From Trichodelitschia bisporula (lineage: Eukaryota): a stretch of 64,000 bases of DNA. Position numbers and translations under genes: made by a program. Of this stretch, positions 1 to 11,720 are shown one piece after another. Below the pieces are notes generated by a model that worked only from the letters and a program-made list of their open reading frames with translations, was not told where the DNA came from and made no database searches. Each line of letters opens with the position of its first letter. Position 1 is the stretch's first letter. Location of the stretch: contig ML996692.1 of the NCBI GenBank assembly GCA_010356995.1, positions 124,001 through 188,000 of the forward strand, given 5' to 3'.

Positions 1-3000
1 CGCGGCAAATTGGGCAACGCCAGGAATCAGGATCGCTAGGCCAGTCGAGCTTCTCGCGCGGCCGGCTCTGCAGAAAAATATCAAGATCGAAGCCCTCGCG
101 GTGAACGCATGACCGGCCACGCACTGGAAAGGACACGAGCTGGTACGGCGCAATGGGGTCGACCAGCGGAATCGTTATGTTCGCTGAAGCTACAATGAGA
201 TCGTCGTCTTCGTCGTCGTTTGTCATGGTGACATCGCCAGTGGCATCGGGTCTGGTGGGCGCGAGCGAGGCTTTGATGGCGTCCAGCGTTGTCTTTGGGT
301 CTCTGCGGTGCGTGGCTGCGACCTTCTTGATCCAGGTATGCGAGACTACATCGACATATTCGATTCCGATGATATAATGGAAATCCGACTGATTGGCTGA
401 GCCCGCATTGATAGAGATGGTGACCACGTTGGAACCCAGGCGCAAGAACTCCGTGATATCGATGGGCATGTCTTTTCCCCAGTGGATCTTGCGACGGATT
501 TCCAGGTGGTGATCTTCGATGGAGAGGTAGATATTTGGAGGAAAGGATGTTTCTTTACAAACCCACGCGCTTGGAAAGAGGGAGTCTGGAAGTGGAACTT
601 CCCCTAAATTCCCAAGAGACTCGTGGGCCTTCACGCATCTCACCCTGTACTGCCGATGTCCACTCTGGAGATGTCGAATCTGGCCGTTGTTCGACTTCTT
701 GGTCTGCGGGATTTTGGACATTTTCGCCTCGTCCAAGATGAAACTAAGCCGATACCTGTGCTTATCGGGCTTGATGGATATGGGCTGAGCCGCGAAACCT
801 GCGGGGTATTGGTAAAGCGGGTTCGCTGGAGGCGACCAAGGGTAAGGCGCCATGTCCGGGTCAAAAAGCTGCGGACCGCGTAGATGAGCCTGGTGAATAG
901 CGGTATGGCGCCAGCTAGCCGTCGCAGGCTGAGGTAAGGACGGCCCGTTATGAGGAGGAAAGAAGGCCGTGAGTGCCGGGGGCGCTGAGTTGGGCGGAGC
1001 CGGGGGGAGTGGGAAGGAAAAGCGGCGATCGATCTGCTGATGCGGGTGGGCAGACTGCGGGGGCGATTGTTGATGTTGCTGCCCAAGACGGGTTTGTATT
1101 TGCTGGATAAGCTGGACGAACGGTTCTACTTGCGTCCTAGGAACGTTCGTGGTTTGCTGTACCGGAACGAACCCTCCTGGACCACCGCGAGGTGGGGCCT
1201 GCGCCTGGACACCGCCAGGGGTTCCTGGCGGACCGTAGACAGACTGGTAGCCAGTAGAGGCAGTCTGGAGCATGGCGGGGCGCGTCTGCGTTCGTGCTCG
1301 AGCTCGTGCCTGCGGTTGCTGCGTGTGTGTCGGTGTAGAGGTCTGCGCGTGTGCCTGCGCTTGGGCTTGCCGCGCTTGAGCTTTCTGCGCCTGTACCTGC
1401 GCCTGAGCTTGCCGAACCCGTGCCTGCGCTTGAGCTTGCCGCGCTTTAGCCTGAGTATGAGCCTGCTGCGCCTGTGCCAGCTCCTGGGCTTGGCGCACTT
1501 GTTCCCGTGCCTGCGCTTGCTGCACGATCGCCTGTGCTTGAGCTTGCTGCACCTGCTGCGCGCGCATAAAGGCCTGTGTTTGCGCTTGCGCTTTCGCTAG
1601 CGCTGCCTGGTCCCTCAAGGGTTGAAGAAGCTGATTGAATTCGTTCATAAAGCGTCTCCGAAAGACGGATCGCTCCTCCCGATCAGGGCCGCGGCTGCCC
1701 CGCTGTTCCAGATACTCGAAGTAGATGCCTATGTGGTGTAGGCAAATCATATCTCCAGCGTCTGCAATCGCCTGGTGGTCAGGGAAAGACACCAGAAGCG
1801 ATCGGAATGCAGCAGTGAACAGGCAGTGCACCAATGTCTTAGATGGCAAGGCGAGACGATGTACCAGTTCTGGAACAATCAGCGGGAAGCCACGCTGTTG
1901 GCTGCTCTGACACATGTGGTCCCAGCACACATCCAGCTGCGGGAAGAAGAGGGTGAGCGACTTGAGGGCGATCTGGTAAGTCGAAGCCCAGTTCATGGCG
2001 ACTTGAGGAAGCGCAACGGGAAAGTTGGCAAACCACCTGACAAGGACGGGACTCAGAGCAGTATTGCTCACGAGGATGCTGTCAAGCTTGTTGAGAGCGG
2101 AGTCGAACTCTGGCATGGACAGGAGTGGAATTGGAACAGAGTTCCGATCCAGAAAATTTAGGCATACGATCTGGTGTAGGAAAAGGTAAAAGGCATCACT
2201 GCGTTCAATCGCGAGCTTCAACACCCCCAGTCTAGACGCTTCCATGCCGTTAAAGGAGACGTTAGACTGGTGCTCTATGAAGCCTTCGTATAGAGGTCTG
2301 CAGAAGTCGGCGGTGTATGGGAAGAAGACCCCATGCATCATGGGTGACACTAGTTCGAATATCAGCGATCTGGGATCGGGGGTAGCGGAAGCTGAAGAAG
2401 GTGCCGAACCCGACGTCATGTTCGGCTGACCCAGGGGTTCCGGTTGAGATGCAAGTGTTGCCTGAGGCGAAGGTCGAGGAAGTGATATGGGAGGAGATTG
2501 AACCGGCTGCGAGGGCAAAAGGCCGCTTGGGCGCCGCTCATGCCCACCACGAGCGAAACTGAACTGCTCGTGTCCCATTCCTGCACCGGGAGCGTTGCCC
2601 TGCGAGGAGCCAAAGGGTACAATACGCGGTTGTCCAGAGGAGAGTGGTGGAATTGCCTTGTATTGCGGCGAGAAGCCGGTTTGGGGGACGGAAGGTGATG
2701 CCTGGTTGCTGCACGAAGGCGCCGAGTAGGATGCGAAGTTTTGATCAGGAGGCGGTGCCGTGTATATTGCCACCTGGGCATGAGGCGCCTGAGTAGGCGG
2801 AACAGACGTAAACGGAGCTGCGAGCTGCTGCTGCTGACCTTGTACCGTCCCAGCCGGTATCGATATCTGATTCTGCTGCGGTATCTGACCCCGCGGTGGC
2901 GGACTCATTTGACTTCGCGTCTTTGAGGGCTTTGGTTTGCGAGGAGGGACCAAAGGCGGAGGCGACGCGGAGGGCGTCTTTGGCAGTACAATGACTTCTC

Positions 3001-3739
3001 GAGGTGTATTCGCAGCGTCTTCGGGCTGGGCAGTTTTCGGTTCGACGGTTTGAGGTAGGAAATCGGTCGGCTGGCTCAAAGGAAGCGTGCTTGCGAGTGT
3101 GGGCTGAGAGGTAGGAGACTGGGGCGCTGCCCGGCTGTCAGCGATTGTGGAAGTCGTTTCAATGAGCCGCTCCTCTGGGCCTCGAAGAGAAAGTGGTTGG
3201 ACCTGCTCTGCATTCAATGGGCTCTCAGCAAGCGAAACAGGTTGCGAACCGTGAGGGGTGGTCAACCCTATCGTGGGTGGAAAGGAATGTCGCGGCGGTA
3301 CGCCCTGAAGCAACACTGAAGGCGCTGTCTGCGGACCATTCAGGGGCGGTTGGCCGGACGGAGCAGTTTGCGAAGGATCGGGAATGAGCTCTGCATGCTG
3401 AGCGATCGTGTCATTATTTGCAGGCGGCGAAGGCGACAGGTTGTGTTGACGTTCAGTCGATGTCGGACGCGATTGAACCGCAGGAAGTTTAGGCTGAGTG
3501 GAGTCATTCTGCTGCGGTTGGGTGCCATCATTCGCGGATTGGTCTGTGCTTGTCGGCCTGGAGACACGGTGCGAGCGTCTAGATGCAGACGAGCCATCGG
3601 CAACTCCACCATTCATCCACGACCTCTTGTGTGTTCCGAGAAACCTGTTCATTGTCTGGTTTGAAGTCTCGACAGCGTGGGCGGCGATCCGGGGATCGAC
3701 GCCAGAGTCCGCATTGCCGCTGGCTTTCTTTGGGGGCAT
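1..3739 (-). CDS. MIZ/SP-RING zinc-finger protein (putative SUMO ligase-like); 3' end lies beyond the left window edge
   Basis: Manual minus-strand translation from ATG 3739 (MPPKKASG...TMNRFLGTHKRSWM). No ORF is listed in this frame, consistent with it staying open to base 1. Last residues LVDPIAPYQLVSFPVRGRSCVHREGFDLDIFLQSR...WRCPICR match the SP-RING pattern, preceded by EIRRKIHWGKDMPIDIT. Probable 5'-UTR intron 4065-3863 (GTGAGT...CTAAC...TAG). Confidence 0.88.
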   Translation of the reverse strand, partial: MPPKKASGNADSGVDPRIAAHAVETSNQTMNRFLGTHKRSWMNGGVADGSSASRRSHRVSRPTSTDQSANDGTQPQQNDSTQPKLPAVQSRPTSTERQHNLSPSPPANNDTIAQHAELIPDPSQTAPSGQPPLNGPQTAPSVLLQGVPPRHSFPPTIGLTTPHGSQPVSLAESPLNAEQVQPLSLRGPEERLIETTSTIADSRAAPQSPTSQPTLASTLPLSQPTDFLPQTVEPKTAQPEDAANTPREVIVLPKTPSASPPPLVPPRKPKPSKTRSQMSPPPRGQIPQQNQISIPAGTVQGQQQQLAAPFTSVPPTQAPHAQVAIYTAPPPDQNFASYSAPSCSNQASPSVPQTGFSPQYKAIPPLSSGQPRIVPFGSSQGNAPGAGMGHEQFSFARGGHERRPSGLLPSQPVQSPPISLPRPSPQATLASQPEPLGQPNMTSGSAPSSASATPDPRSLIFELVSPMMHGVFFPYTADFCRPLYEGFIEHQSNVSFNGMEASRLGVLKLAIERSDAFYLFLHQIVCLNFLDRNSVPIPLLSMPEFDSALNKLDSILVSNTALSPVLVRWFANFPVALPQVAMNWASTYQIALKSLTLFFPQLDVCWDHMCQSSQQRGFPLIVPELVHRLALPSKTLVHCLFTAAFRSLLVSFPDHQAIADAGDMICLHHIGIYFEYLEQRGSRGPDREERSVFRRRFMNEFNQLLQPLRDQAALAKAQAQTQAFMRAQQVQQAQAQAIVQQAQAREQVRQAQELAQAQQAHTQAKARQAQAQARVRQAQAQVQAQKAQARQAQAQAHAQTSTPTHTQQPQARARARTQTRPAMLQTASTGYQSVYGPPGTPGGVQAQAPPRGGPGGFVPVQQTTNVPRTQVEPFVQLIQQIQTRLGQQHQQSPPQSAHPHQQIDRRFSFPLPPAPPNSAPPALTAFFPPHNGPSLPQPATASWRHTAIHQAHLRGPQLFDPDMAPYPWSPPANPLYQYPAGFAAQPISIKPDKHRYRLSFILDEAKMSKIPQTKKSNNGQIRHLQSGHRQYRVRCVKAHESLGNLGEVPLPDSLFPSAWVCKETSFPPNIYLSIEDHHLEIRRKIHWGKDMPIDITEFLRLGSNVVTISINAGSANQSDFHYIIGIEYVDVVSHTWIKKVAATHRRDPKTTLDAIKASLAPTRPDATGDVTMTNDDEDDDLIVASANITIPLVDPIAPYQLVSFPVRGRSCVHREGFDLDIFLQSRPREKLDWPSDPDSWRCPICR
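1290..1610 (-). repeat. Coding Gln-Ala (QAQAR/QAQAQ) low-complexity repeat within the MIZ protein
   Basis: Recurrent ctgcgc/gcttg units on the + strand; the minus frame reads QAQAQTQAFMRAQQVQQAQAQAIVQQAQAREQVRQAQELAQAQQAHTQAKARQAQAQARVRQAQAQVQAQKAQARQAQAQ. Confidence 0.85.
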
Positions 3740-6654
3740 CTCGGCGCCTTGTTGAAAGTGGGGCCCTTGGGCCCACGGGAACCCGGATAAACCGAGCACA
3801 AGACAGATCGTGAGCCGGGCCGATCCCGATGCCTAAGCGCGCCCGAAATCCGAATCTATAGACTAATGGCAAAGGAGTTAGTGTACTGGTTGGCGAAGCT
3901 GCTCCTGCGATTTTGCGTTTATATGCCTCGTGGTAGAGAGACTACAGGCGGAAACTTGCTGCTGTGTTACCTTGCGGTTTAAATGCAAGAGCCACAGTTT
4001 TGGTGTTGGTAACTGGAGTTGTAGCGGTGAAGTAAAGAGAAATTTGTAAAGGATTCGACACTCACTTCACAGTTGATTTCGATTTTGTGAGACACAGTAA
4101 CCTTATGACAAGGTGAACGCGGAATGTACTGAAACGGTAGAGGGGCGGCCTAGGGCGATGGAGAGATTTTGTGAGGCTCCGATCGATCGATTACTTCACT
4201 TTCCTTGATTGCTTGCTTGGTGGGAGCGGATTTATCAAAAGAGTAAAGGAAACGGCGAATCGATGTGAATAAAAGATGGTCGTAGTTTCCTACTGTGGAG
4301 ATAAATAGTTGCAGCCCAACCGCGCGGGGCTACGCATGAAATGAGGAAAGAACTTTTGAAGGGCATAGCGCTCTCCATTTTCGGAGAGGGAAGGCACGTG
4401 CAGGGGGGTTGTAGCGTACGGAAGGAGTGGAGAAAGAAAGTGACAGGGCCAACGGCCAAAGGGCTACCTGAAAAAGTGTCGAGCGCCCCCCGAGAAAGTT
4501 ATGGCCGGCTTTTGCTCAGGCCTTTGCTGAGCATGAAGCAAAGACTATCGGAGGGGCGCTCGAGACTTTTTCGGGTATGGAGGAGAAAGTGCAAGGGCCA
4601 AGCGGTGGAAGCCTCGAGTGCGTGCGGGCGTGTCACGTTCGTAAGGTTATGTGCCGCTCCTTCAAACTTAGGAATGAAGCCGAGGTCAAGACAACAAGAT
4701 CTAGAACTAGTAGAGACTGCACACGAGTCACCAGTATTTGGTAAAAGAACACTTGCGAAAGCGAGGTTGTACCTCTCTTCCGGGCCACAGGGCAGTGTAA
4801 GTAGTCTCGCGTCAGGTAAATGCAATCGCCGAACCCGATCTTCCGACATGGATGCCGCGCGTTGCTGACGTCTGCGGGCGGACTGTCAAATCGACCGATC
4901 GGGCCGTGGCTTCTAGAGCAGCCGATCGCCGTGTCCCGTTGGCCATCGTTGGCGCTTTTGGGAAGGAGGCTACTGAATGCTACGAAGTAGGTAGGTGGAC
5001 GATGAACCAGAGCGGCGGCCGGGCTGCAGTACGGAGCATATATAGCACTCATCCACTTGCTCCCTTGCTCCCTTGCTCCCTTGCCGACCTGCTCACTTCA
5101 TCGTACTCCGTCCGGTTTCCGGCCGCTACTCTCTCTCTCTTGAAACGCTCGACGCCATGGTGCGCTGGCCTCGCACATAGGTACGGAGTTCCTGCGGAGG
5201 ACAACCAACCAAATATATACAAGAGTCAGCTTGCGTTGGTCCAGCAGAATGTACCAAAGTGTACTGTACTCGTTGAGAGTGGGCATGGCCTACATAAGAC
5301 GGACAGCGATATGTAGTGAGATGCGGGTTGTTATGCCGTTGTCGCGCTGCTGTTGTTCAGCTCGTTGAGTTGGCCAGCAGTGCAACGGCATTGACCCCTT
5401 CGTCAGCAAGTTCAATATCCACAGGCGCGGGAAAACAGGGAAAGGTGTAACGGTCCGACGCTCACGACCGTGGCCACAAGAACAATCATGGATGATGGCT
5501 GCTTGCAGATGCTTGGGGGTAGTAGGTTTACGGTTACGCTTAACGGTTAGGAAGGACGCAAAAAAGCAATACGACTCAGTTGCCGAAGGCGGGCAATATC
5601 GCTCCTCCGTGTCTTCTTGTACGGATTGTACTGTGCATCTTCAGTCATCTCTATCGTCTCTCTCTTGCGTTGTGGTTGCGTACCTTGCGGTACTACAAAG
5701 TACGGAGTACAGGATACTTCTTCGCTAGGGATCGGAAGCTTTTCTCTGCGAGTCGGCTCCATTTCACAGCTTGCAGGTCGCCGGCCAGTTGTTCGCAGTG
5801 CAGCTTTGCTTTCCATGCGTGCAATTGCCAGGGCCCGCCACCGTTTTTCAAGCAGCACCCCATCCATCCACCCGTCCAATCCATCAATCCATTTCATGCC
5901 ACCCCACGCCCGCCAGACCAGCCCGGTTGCGCCCACACAGAACTGCCCAACAAACAAATCCGACCTGTCCGCCGCCTCCGCAAGCCGCTTGAAGCAACGG
6001 TCAGACGTCAACGCATCCATCTCATCGTGAAATAAATCCAACCCCATCCACCTCACACCCCCACCTGCAACCTATAACCGTCCCGTCGCATCATCTTCAA
6101 TCGCCTTGCCCTCTTCTCCTACCTCCTCCCCAGTTCCACACAATCATCCCCCACGTCCAACAAAGTTCGCGCTGCAATCTCCGGCCCAGACCAACTGGTT
6201 CCTCTGAACTCCGCGCCTCCGCCGCCCTCCGCCCTCCGCAACCGCCTTCGCGCCCAAGTTGCGCGAGACGAACCCGACCCAAAAAGCCAAAGCGCTAGCC
6301 ATCGCCCCGTCGCTCGAGACCATCCGCCATTTACCATAGTCACAACAAACACGCCAGCTTCCCCACCTTAAACAATCTCGCTCTCCCCCCATCTCCCTGC
6401 CAAGACGTTCGCCCGCCAGCAAGCGTTGGTCTCTTCGCGACATATCAACAGATACACTTCAGATCTTTCCGCACGCAAGAAGGGTCCTCGTCGATGATTT
6501 GGAGCAATTCCCGGCCCCCCAAGCTGTGAGATGCCCCTCAGTCTGCGGACCTTGTAGCTGCGCCCATTGGATGTTGCACGCCATCGACGCGACCGTTCCG
6601 ATATAAGCTCATGCTCACGGCAGAATAACTGGGTCTTCCGCTGCTGCTTGGGTC

Positions 6655-9600
6655 ATGGAGTCGGTCTCGCGGGCCCCTACGAGCCACGCCCAGCCCGGCG
6701 ACATCCTCCTCGTCCTTCGTAAGTCCTCTTCCTCCCCTCCCATCAGATGTGGCGCGGTGCGGGGCACCAAACTCCAAACAGCCCACAACTACGCAATCAC
6801 CTCACTCAGCACATGGTGCCCTCATGCCTTGCACACCTTACAGGACCGTGCCTTGCAGGCCCATGCACGAAATAATGCTGACAGATGCAGACAACTTCAA
6901 AGCTCGTAGTGGTGATGAGTTGACGTTACGAAAGGGTGATCGCATTGAGCTTATTGAACGCGATGACGACTTCGGCGATGGCTGGTTTTTGGGACGCCAT
7001 GTCCAAAGGGGGACCACTGGCCTGTTCCCTGAAGGCAAGTCTGCCCCCGCTCTTCTCCTACCTTTACTTTCGCTGACGTTCCGTGCCACAGTCTACACAA
7101 CTCCCGAACCGAAGCCCACAAACCCACCAACGAGCCAACCACCACTACACCAAGCCACTTCCTCTTTGCACTCTGTCGAAACCAACGGTTCTGAAGTTCG
7201 CCCTCTAGGCTCAATGGATTCGAGCCTCGGGTCAGTTCCGTCTCCCGAGCAGCTCCGCATCGCTTCCTCGATGGAGAATACGTCTCCCGTTCCACCTTCG
7301 AACCCAGTCACACCGCCCTCTGTATCCACTATCCGTCGAACACCCCCGACGTCGACTGCTCATCGCAGTATCAGTCTAAGCAACGGAACACATCAGAACA
7401 GCCCTGTGATGAACGAGACCCTGAGCGTCATAGAGGAGCATATTACAGATATGAACACCCCGCGTCATAGCATATTGATACCCGAAGGCCTCGCCCTTCC
7501 AAATGATGACAATTTCACCTCCAGGCTGGATCGTCGCCTCTCGTACATCAATGGCAACGAGACCGACGAAGAAGAAGCAGGTATACTCACAGACAACGAG
7601 GTCAGAATATGGACACCTGAGCAAGTTGCCGCATACCTGGACGAGGTAGGCGCCGACAAGCAGCACTGCAGGGTGTTCAGAGACCAGGAGATCACCGGCG
7701 AAGTGTTGCTCGGCATGGATCAAGGGTCGCTCATGCTCAAAGAGTTCGAGCTCGGATCCATTGGCAAGCGTCTCGCGTTGTGGCAGAAGATCAAGGCACT
7801 CCAGGATGAAGTGAAGAACGGCCGCAAGACTCCTCGTCCTGGCTCGGAGTACAGCAATGCCACTCACGACACTGGCCGTGCACGTAGTACGTCCTTTGGT
7901 ACCGTTCTCCCTCGCATCCCTAGCTTGATGGAGGGATCTCGTACACCGTCGCGCCAGCATACACACCCCAGAGGGGTAAATGAGAGTGTTTCCTCTCTTC
8001 CTCCCATCATGGATTCTCCCCACATGACGCATTCCCCGCGTCCCTCAGCGGCATCCATTCGCGACTTCAACAACAGTCGGAGGCATTCGTCCATCGACTG
8101 CACGTCGCAGACGGATGACCAGTCACGAGCCTCGACCGCCCTCACTGCTCACACACATCACACACACACAAAGCAAGGCTCCTTCGACCAGACGTGGACC
8201 ATGAGGGCTGCCCCCGGGGAGGAAACTTCCATCGCGGGCATTCTGCATTCACCTCGCGCGGATTCACCGCATAGCCAGGCGAACGCGCCCGAAGTGCGGC
8301 TAAGTGTTGTCAACTCGATTGACCTTGATCGCGGCTATTTCTCGGGCAATGAGGTTGAGAATCGCAAGGCAAGGAACGTACTGAAGAAGCGGACAGCTGA
8401 AACGACACACATGCGAGCTCCCAGCGATGGGTACAACAATCGCCGACTCAGCCACGTGTTCCGCCAGAAGAGGACCGGTAGCACCGACTCGATCCACGAC
8501 ATCAGCACGCCCATGTCTCCTGCCGCACATATGTATTACAACACGAGCAAGCCAGGTGTAAGGGCCACCAGTGTGCCCCAATTCGGCAAGCCGCTGAAGC
8601 AGACGAGCCAAATCACACCCACCGTCACCAAACTCGACTACACCGCCTCGCCGAGCAGTGACGCGCTTGCGGCACCGCCCAGTGAAACTTCTTCAATTGA
8701 CCATCCTGGTCCTTCTCCCGCCCACAAGTCTCTTTTCTCGAGAACTCGGGCAACGGGCCTGCGCGCCATCTCGGATGCCATCACGGGCGACGAAAAGGCC
8801 CGCATTCAGGTCTCCGCCCGTAGGTCACCAGTCAAGGAGGCTGCTCCTCAAGCATCATCTCGTACCGGCTCTAGCACACCCTCGATCAACTCCAAGAGCA
8901 TTGATATAGACGAGAATTCAGTGAGCTCATTGATCAAGGGTACAAGCACTGGGGGGTCCGGTCGGCGCCACACGGCCAGCCAGCCGAAGCGCAAGTCGAA
9001 GAAGGATACGAGCGCCTACCGCCACGGACTTCAGAAGAAGTCGCCAAAGGAGCAGATGATTGGATGTGATTACAGCGGTTGGATGAAGAAGAAGTCGAGC
9101 CACCTCATGACCACCTGGAAGCCGCGGCTTTTTGTCCTTCGCGGCTGCCGCCTGTCGTATTACTACTCCGAGGAAGACACAGAGGAGCAAGGCGTGATCG
9201 ATATCGCGGGTCACCGCGTTCTTTCCGCCAATAACGACCGGATCACCGGGCTCCACGCCACCTTCACCGGCGCCGCCTCGTCGCCTTCGTCGCCGCAAAA
9301 TGCCCAAATCGAGACAACTGCATCCTTGGATGCGGTCAAGGCAGCGGGCGTCGAGAAGGAAGACGCCTCGGGCATGTTCATCTTTAAACTCCTGCCGCCC
9401 CGTCCCGGAGGCCACGGCGTCAACTTCACCAAACCTACTGTCCACTACTTCGCCGTCGACAACGTCCAGCAGGGCCGTCTCTGGATGGCGGCCCTCGTGA
9501 AGGCGACGATTAACCGGAAAAACGGTGAAGTCATCTCGACCTACGCTCATAAGACGATCAGTCTGCAGAAGGCAAAGGAGATGCGCCAGCGCCCGCCGGC

Positions 9601-9826
9601 GCTTATGGAGCCTGAGGACTCTGAGCCGGCTAAGAGCGACAAGTCGGACGATGAGAAGAAGGGGTTGGCGATTGAGCTCGAGTCAATTAAGAAGGTTGAT
9701 GACGACCTGAACGCCGGGCCTGGCGCGGAGAAGACCTCGTCTAATACGGACCTTACGACCCTCGTTCACGTCCCGACGGGCAGCATCGATGTGAACAATA
9801 TTCTTGGCAGCGCAACTGCCGTCTAG
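6655..9826 (+). CDS. BOI1: Polarized-growth scaffold Boi1/Boi2/Pob1 (SH3-SAM-PH)
   Basis: Spliced SH3 (DILLVLHNFKARSGDELTLRKGDRIELIERDDDFGDGWFLG), SAM (WTPEQVAAYL...QEITGEVLL...ELGSIGKRLALWQKIK) and PH (YSGWMKKK...WKPRLFVLRG...GRLWMAALVKA). Introns 6719-6890 and 7035-7091 (GC-AG). Confidence 0.93.
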
Positions 9827-9924
9827 GTCATTGCGCCTACCTCATCCTCCTCAACGGAAGTTCATTGCATATATATTATCTTCCATTTGCGTCTTTTTAG
9901 TGGTGTAAAGTAGCTAATTGCCCC

Positions 9925-9930
9925 CCTCGG
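9925..9930. promoter_or_regulatory. CCTCGG, candidate FarA/Ctf1 site upstream of the enoyl-CoA hydratase
   Basis: Exact hexamer about 570 bp upstream of ATG 10499 of a PTS1-bearing beta-oxidation-family gene. A short motif, so it may be chance. Confidence 0.35.
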
Positions 9931-10498
9931 GGACGAGTTGACGAGACAACAGCATTGGGCATGGGTGGGGTCAAGGGTGTCGAAATTTCGTTAGCGAAGG
10001 CGTTTTTAGATCTGCTCGTTTCGGGGTTGCGAGTAATTTCTGAGTATATGGTCAGTGGCTAGGGAATGGGAGAGGGGAGTGGGGGGATCTGTCTTTCGAT
10101 CTGTACTCCATGCGGGGAGTAGGATCATGGTGGGCTACAACCCCGCAGTGGGCGGGGCAGGGGTCGTGTGTAGCTACAACCAGGCGCACGAGAATCGCCA
10201 ATCCATCACAGTCATGCAAACTCGCTCGCTGTACTTGTGCTCTTTTTGCGGGGTGCGCAATGCGGGGAAGATCGCCGTGCCGCTGATGACGCGAGGGGCT
10301 GCCCGCACGGCTATCGCTACCCGCCGCTTCGGCCTTTCTCGGCGCAAGATCTACTAATCTCACCCGCCAGCTCTTCAGCCTGGCGGCATAAAACGTATGT
10401 GGGCGCGGTGTTCGCACCAGCAGCTCACACAGCATCAATATACGATCCCAATACCCCAGCCGCGCTCAAATTCCAATCCCCCATCTCCAGCAAGCACA

Positions 10499-11528
10499 AT
10501 GACCCCTCAACCTTCCCCCCTCAGCCTGCCCGCATCCTACCACGACCTCCCCTTCACCGACATCAAGTTATCCCACCACCCCGCTTCATCCCCAGAACCA
10601 ACACCCATCATAATCCTCACCCTCCACCGCCCCGGAAAACACAACGCCTTCACCGAAACCATGACGCTCGAACTCGAATCCGCCTTCGCCCACCTCTCCG
10701 CCGACCCCCGCGTAAAATGCATAATCATAACCGGCCACGGGAAGATATTCTGCGCCGGCGCCGACCTCGAACTTGGCTTCCCAGCCCACCCAGGCTCCCC
10801 CGCCGAAGTCGCAAATGCGAGAGACGGGTGTGTCCTCCCCCTTCCCTCCCCCCTCCCCACTGTCCAGTATCAGCAGAGAACTAACCTCCCCCCCCCACCT
10901 CAGCGGCGGCCGCGTCTCCCTCGCCATCCACCGGTGCCTCAAACCCACCATCGCAGCACTCAACGGCTCCGCCGTCGGCGTCGGAATAACCATGACGCTG
11001 CCCATGAGCATCCGCCTAGCCCCCCGGAGCGCAAAAATAGGCTTCGTGTTCGCGCGGCGCGGGCTGGTCATGGAAGCCGCGTCTTCCTATTTCCTCCCCC
11101 GGCTGATCGGACGCAGTCGTACGATGCACCTCGTCACCACGGGCGCGGTGTACCCGGCCGAGCATAAGCTGCTCGAGGGGCTGTTTAGCGAAGTCCTCGA
11201 TTCGCCGGAGGAGGTCATGAGGCGAGCGGTGGAGATCGCGACGGAGTATGTGGACAATTGTTCGGGGGTGAGTTGGGCGCTGATGCGGGATATGGTGTGG
11301 CGCGGGCCGGGGAGTGCGGAGGAGGCGCATTTGCTGGATAGTCGGGTTATTCATGATCTGTTTGGGAGCAAGGATAATGAGGAGGGGGTACGGTCGTTTA
11401 TGGAGAAGAGACCGGTGAAGTTTACTGGCAAGCTGGAGGAGGATGCACCGGCTGTGTATCCCTGGTGGACGCCTGTCGATGTGGTGCCGCGGGCCAAGGG
11501 CGTGCTGGATGACAAGGCGAAGCTCTGA
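10499..11528 (+). CDS. Peroxisomal enoyl-CoA hydratase/isomerase (crotonase family)
   Basis: Motifs LHRPGKHNAF, FCAGADL, KPTIAALNGSAVGVGITMTLPM, FVFARRGLVMEA. One intron 10828-10903 joins ARDG|GGRVSL. C-terminal AKL* is a PTS1. Confidence 0.93.
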
Positions 11529-11720
11529 GAGGAGTACAATGAGCAGTGATCAAGTGTACAGTCAGTAACCAGAGTCAAAGTGTGTACATAGCAAGCGCAT
11601 CAGTCATTAATTGAGGCCATCAGCAGTTCATCCGATTCCATGTGTCTATGCTGGAAGCTAACAAACATGCCCACGCCTTTTGTCCCTGGCCGCTCATCCC
11701 GCAACACCGAGTAAGAACAC

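Noticed and set aside
1040..1600. 186-aa Leu/Arg/Cys-rich + strand ORF
   Set aside because: Antisense shadow of the QA repeat in the MIZ gene.
1..3900. Apparently gene-free or decayed region at the window start
   Set aside because: A single minus-strand ORF runs off the edge and so was not listed in the ORF track.
5056..5084. (CCCTTGCT)x3 tandem repeat
   Set aside because: Short simple repeat with no further structure.
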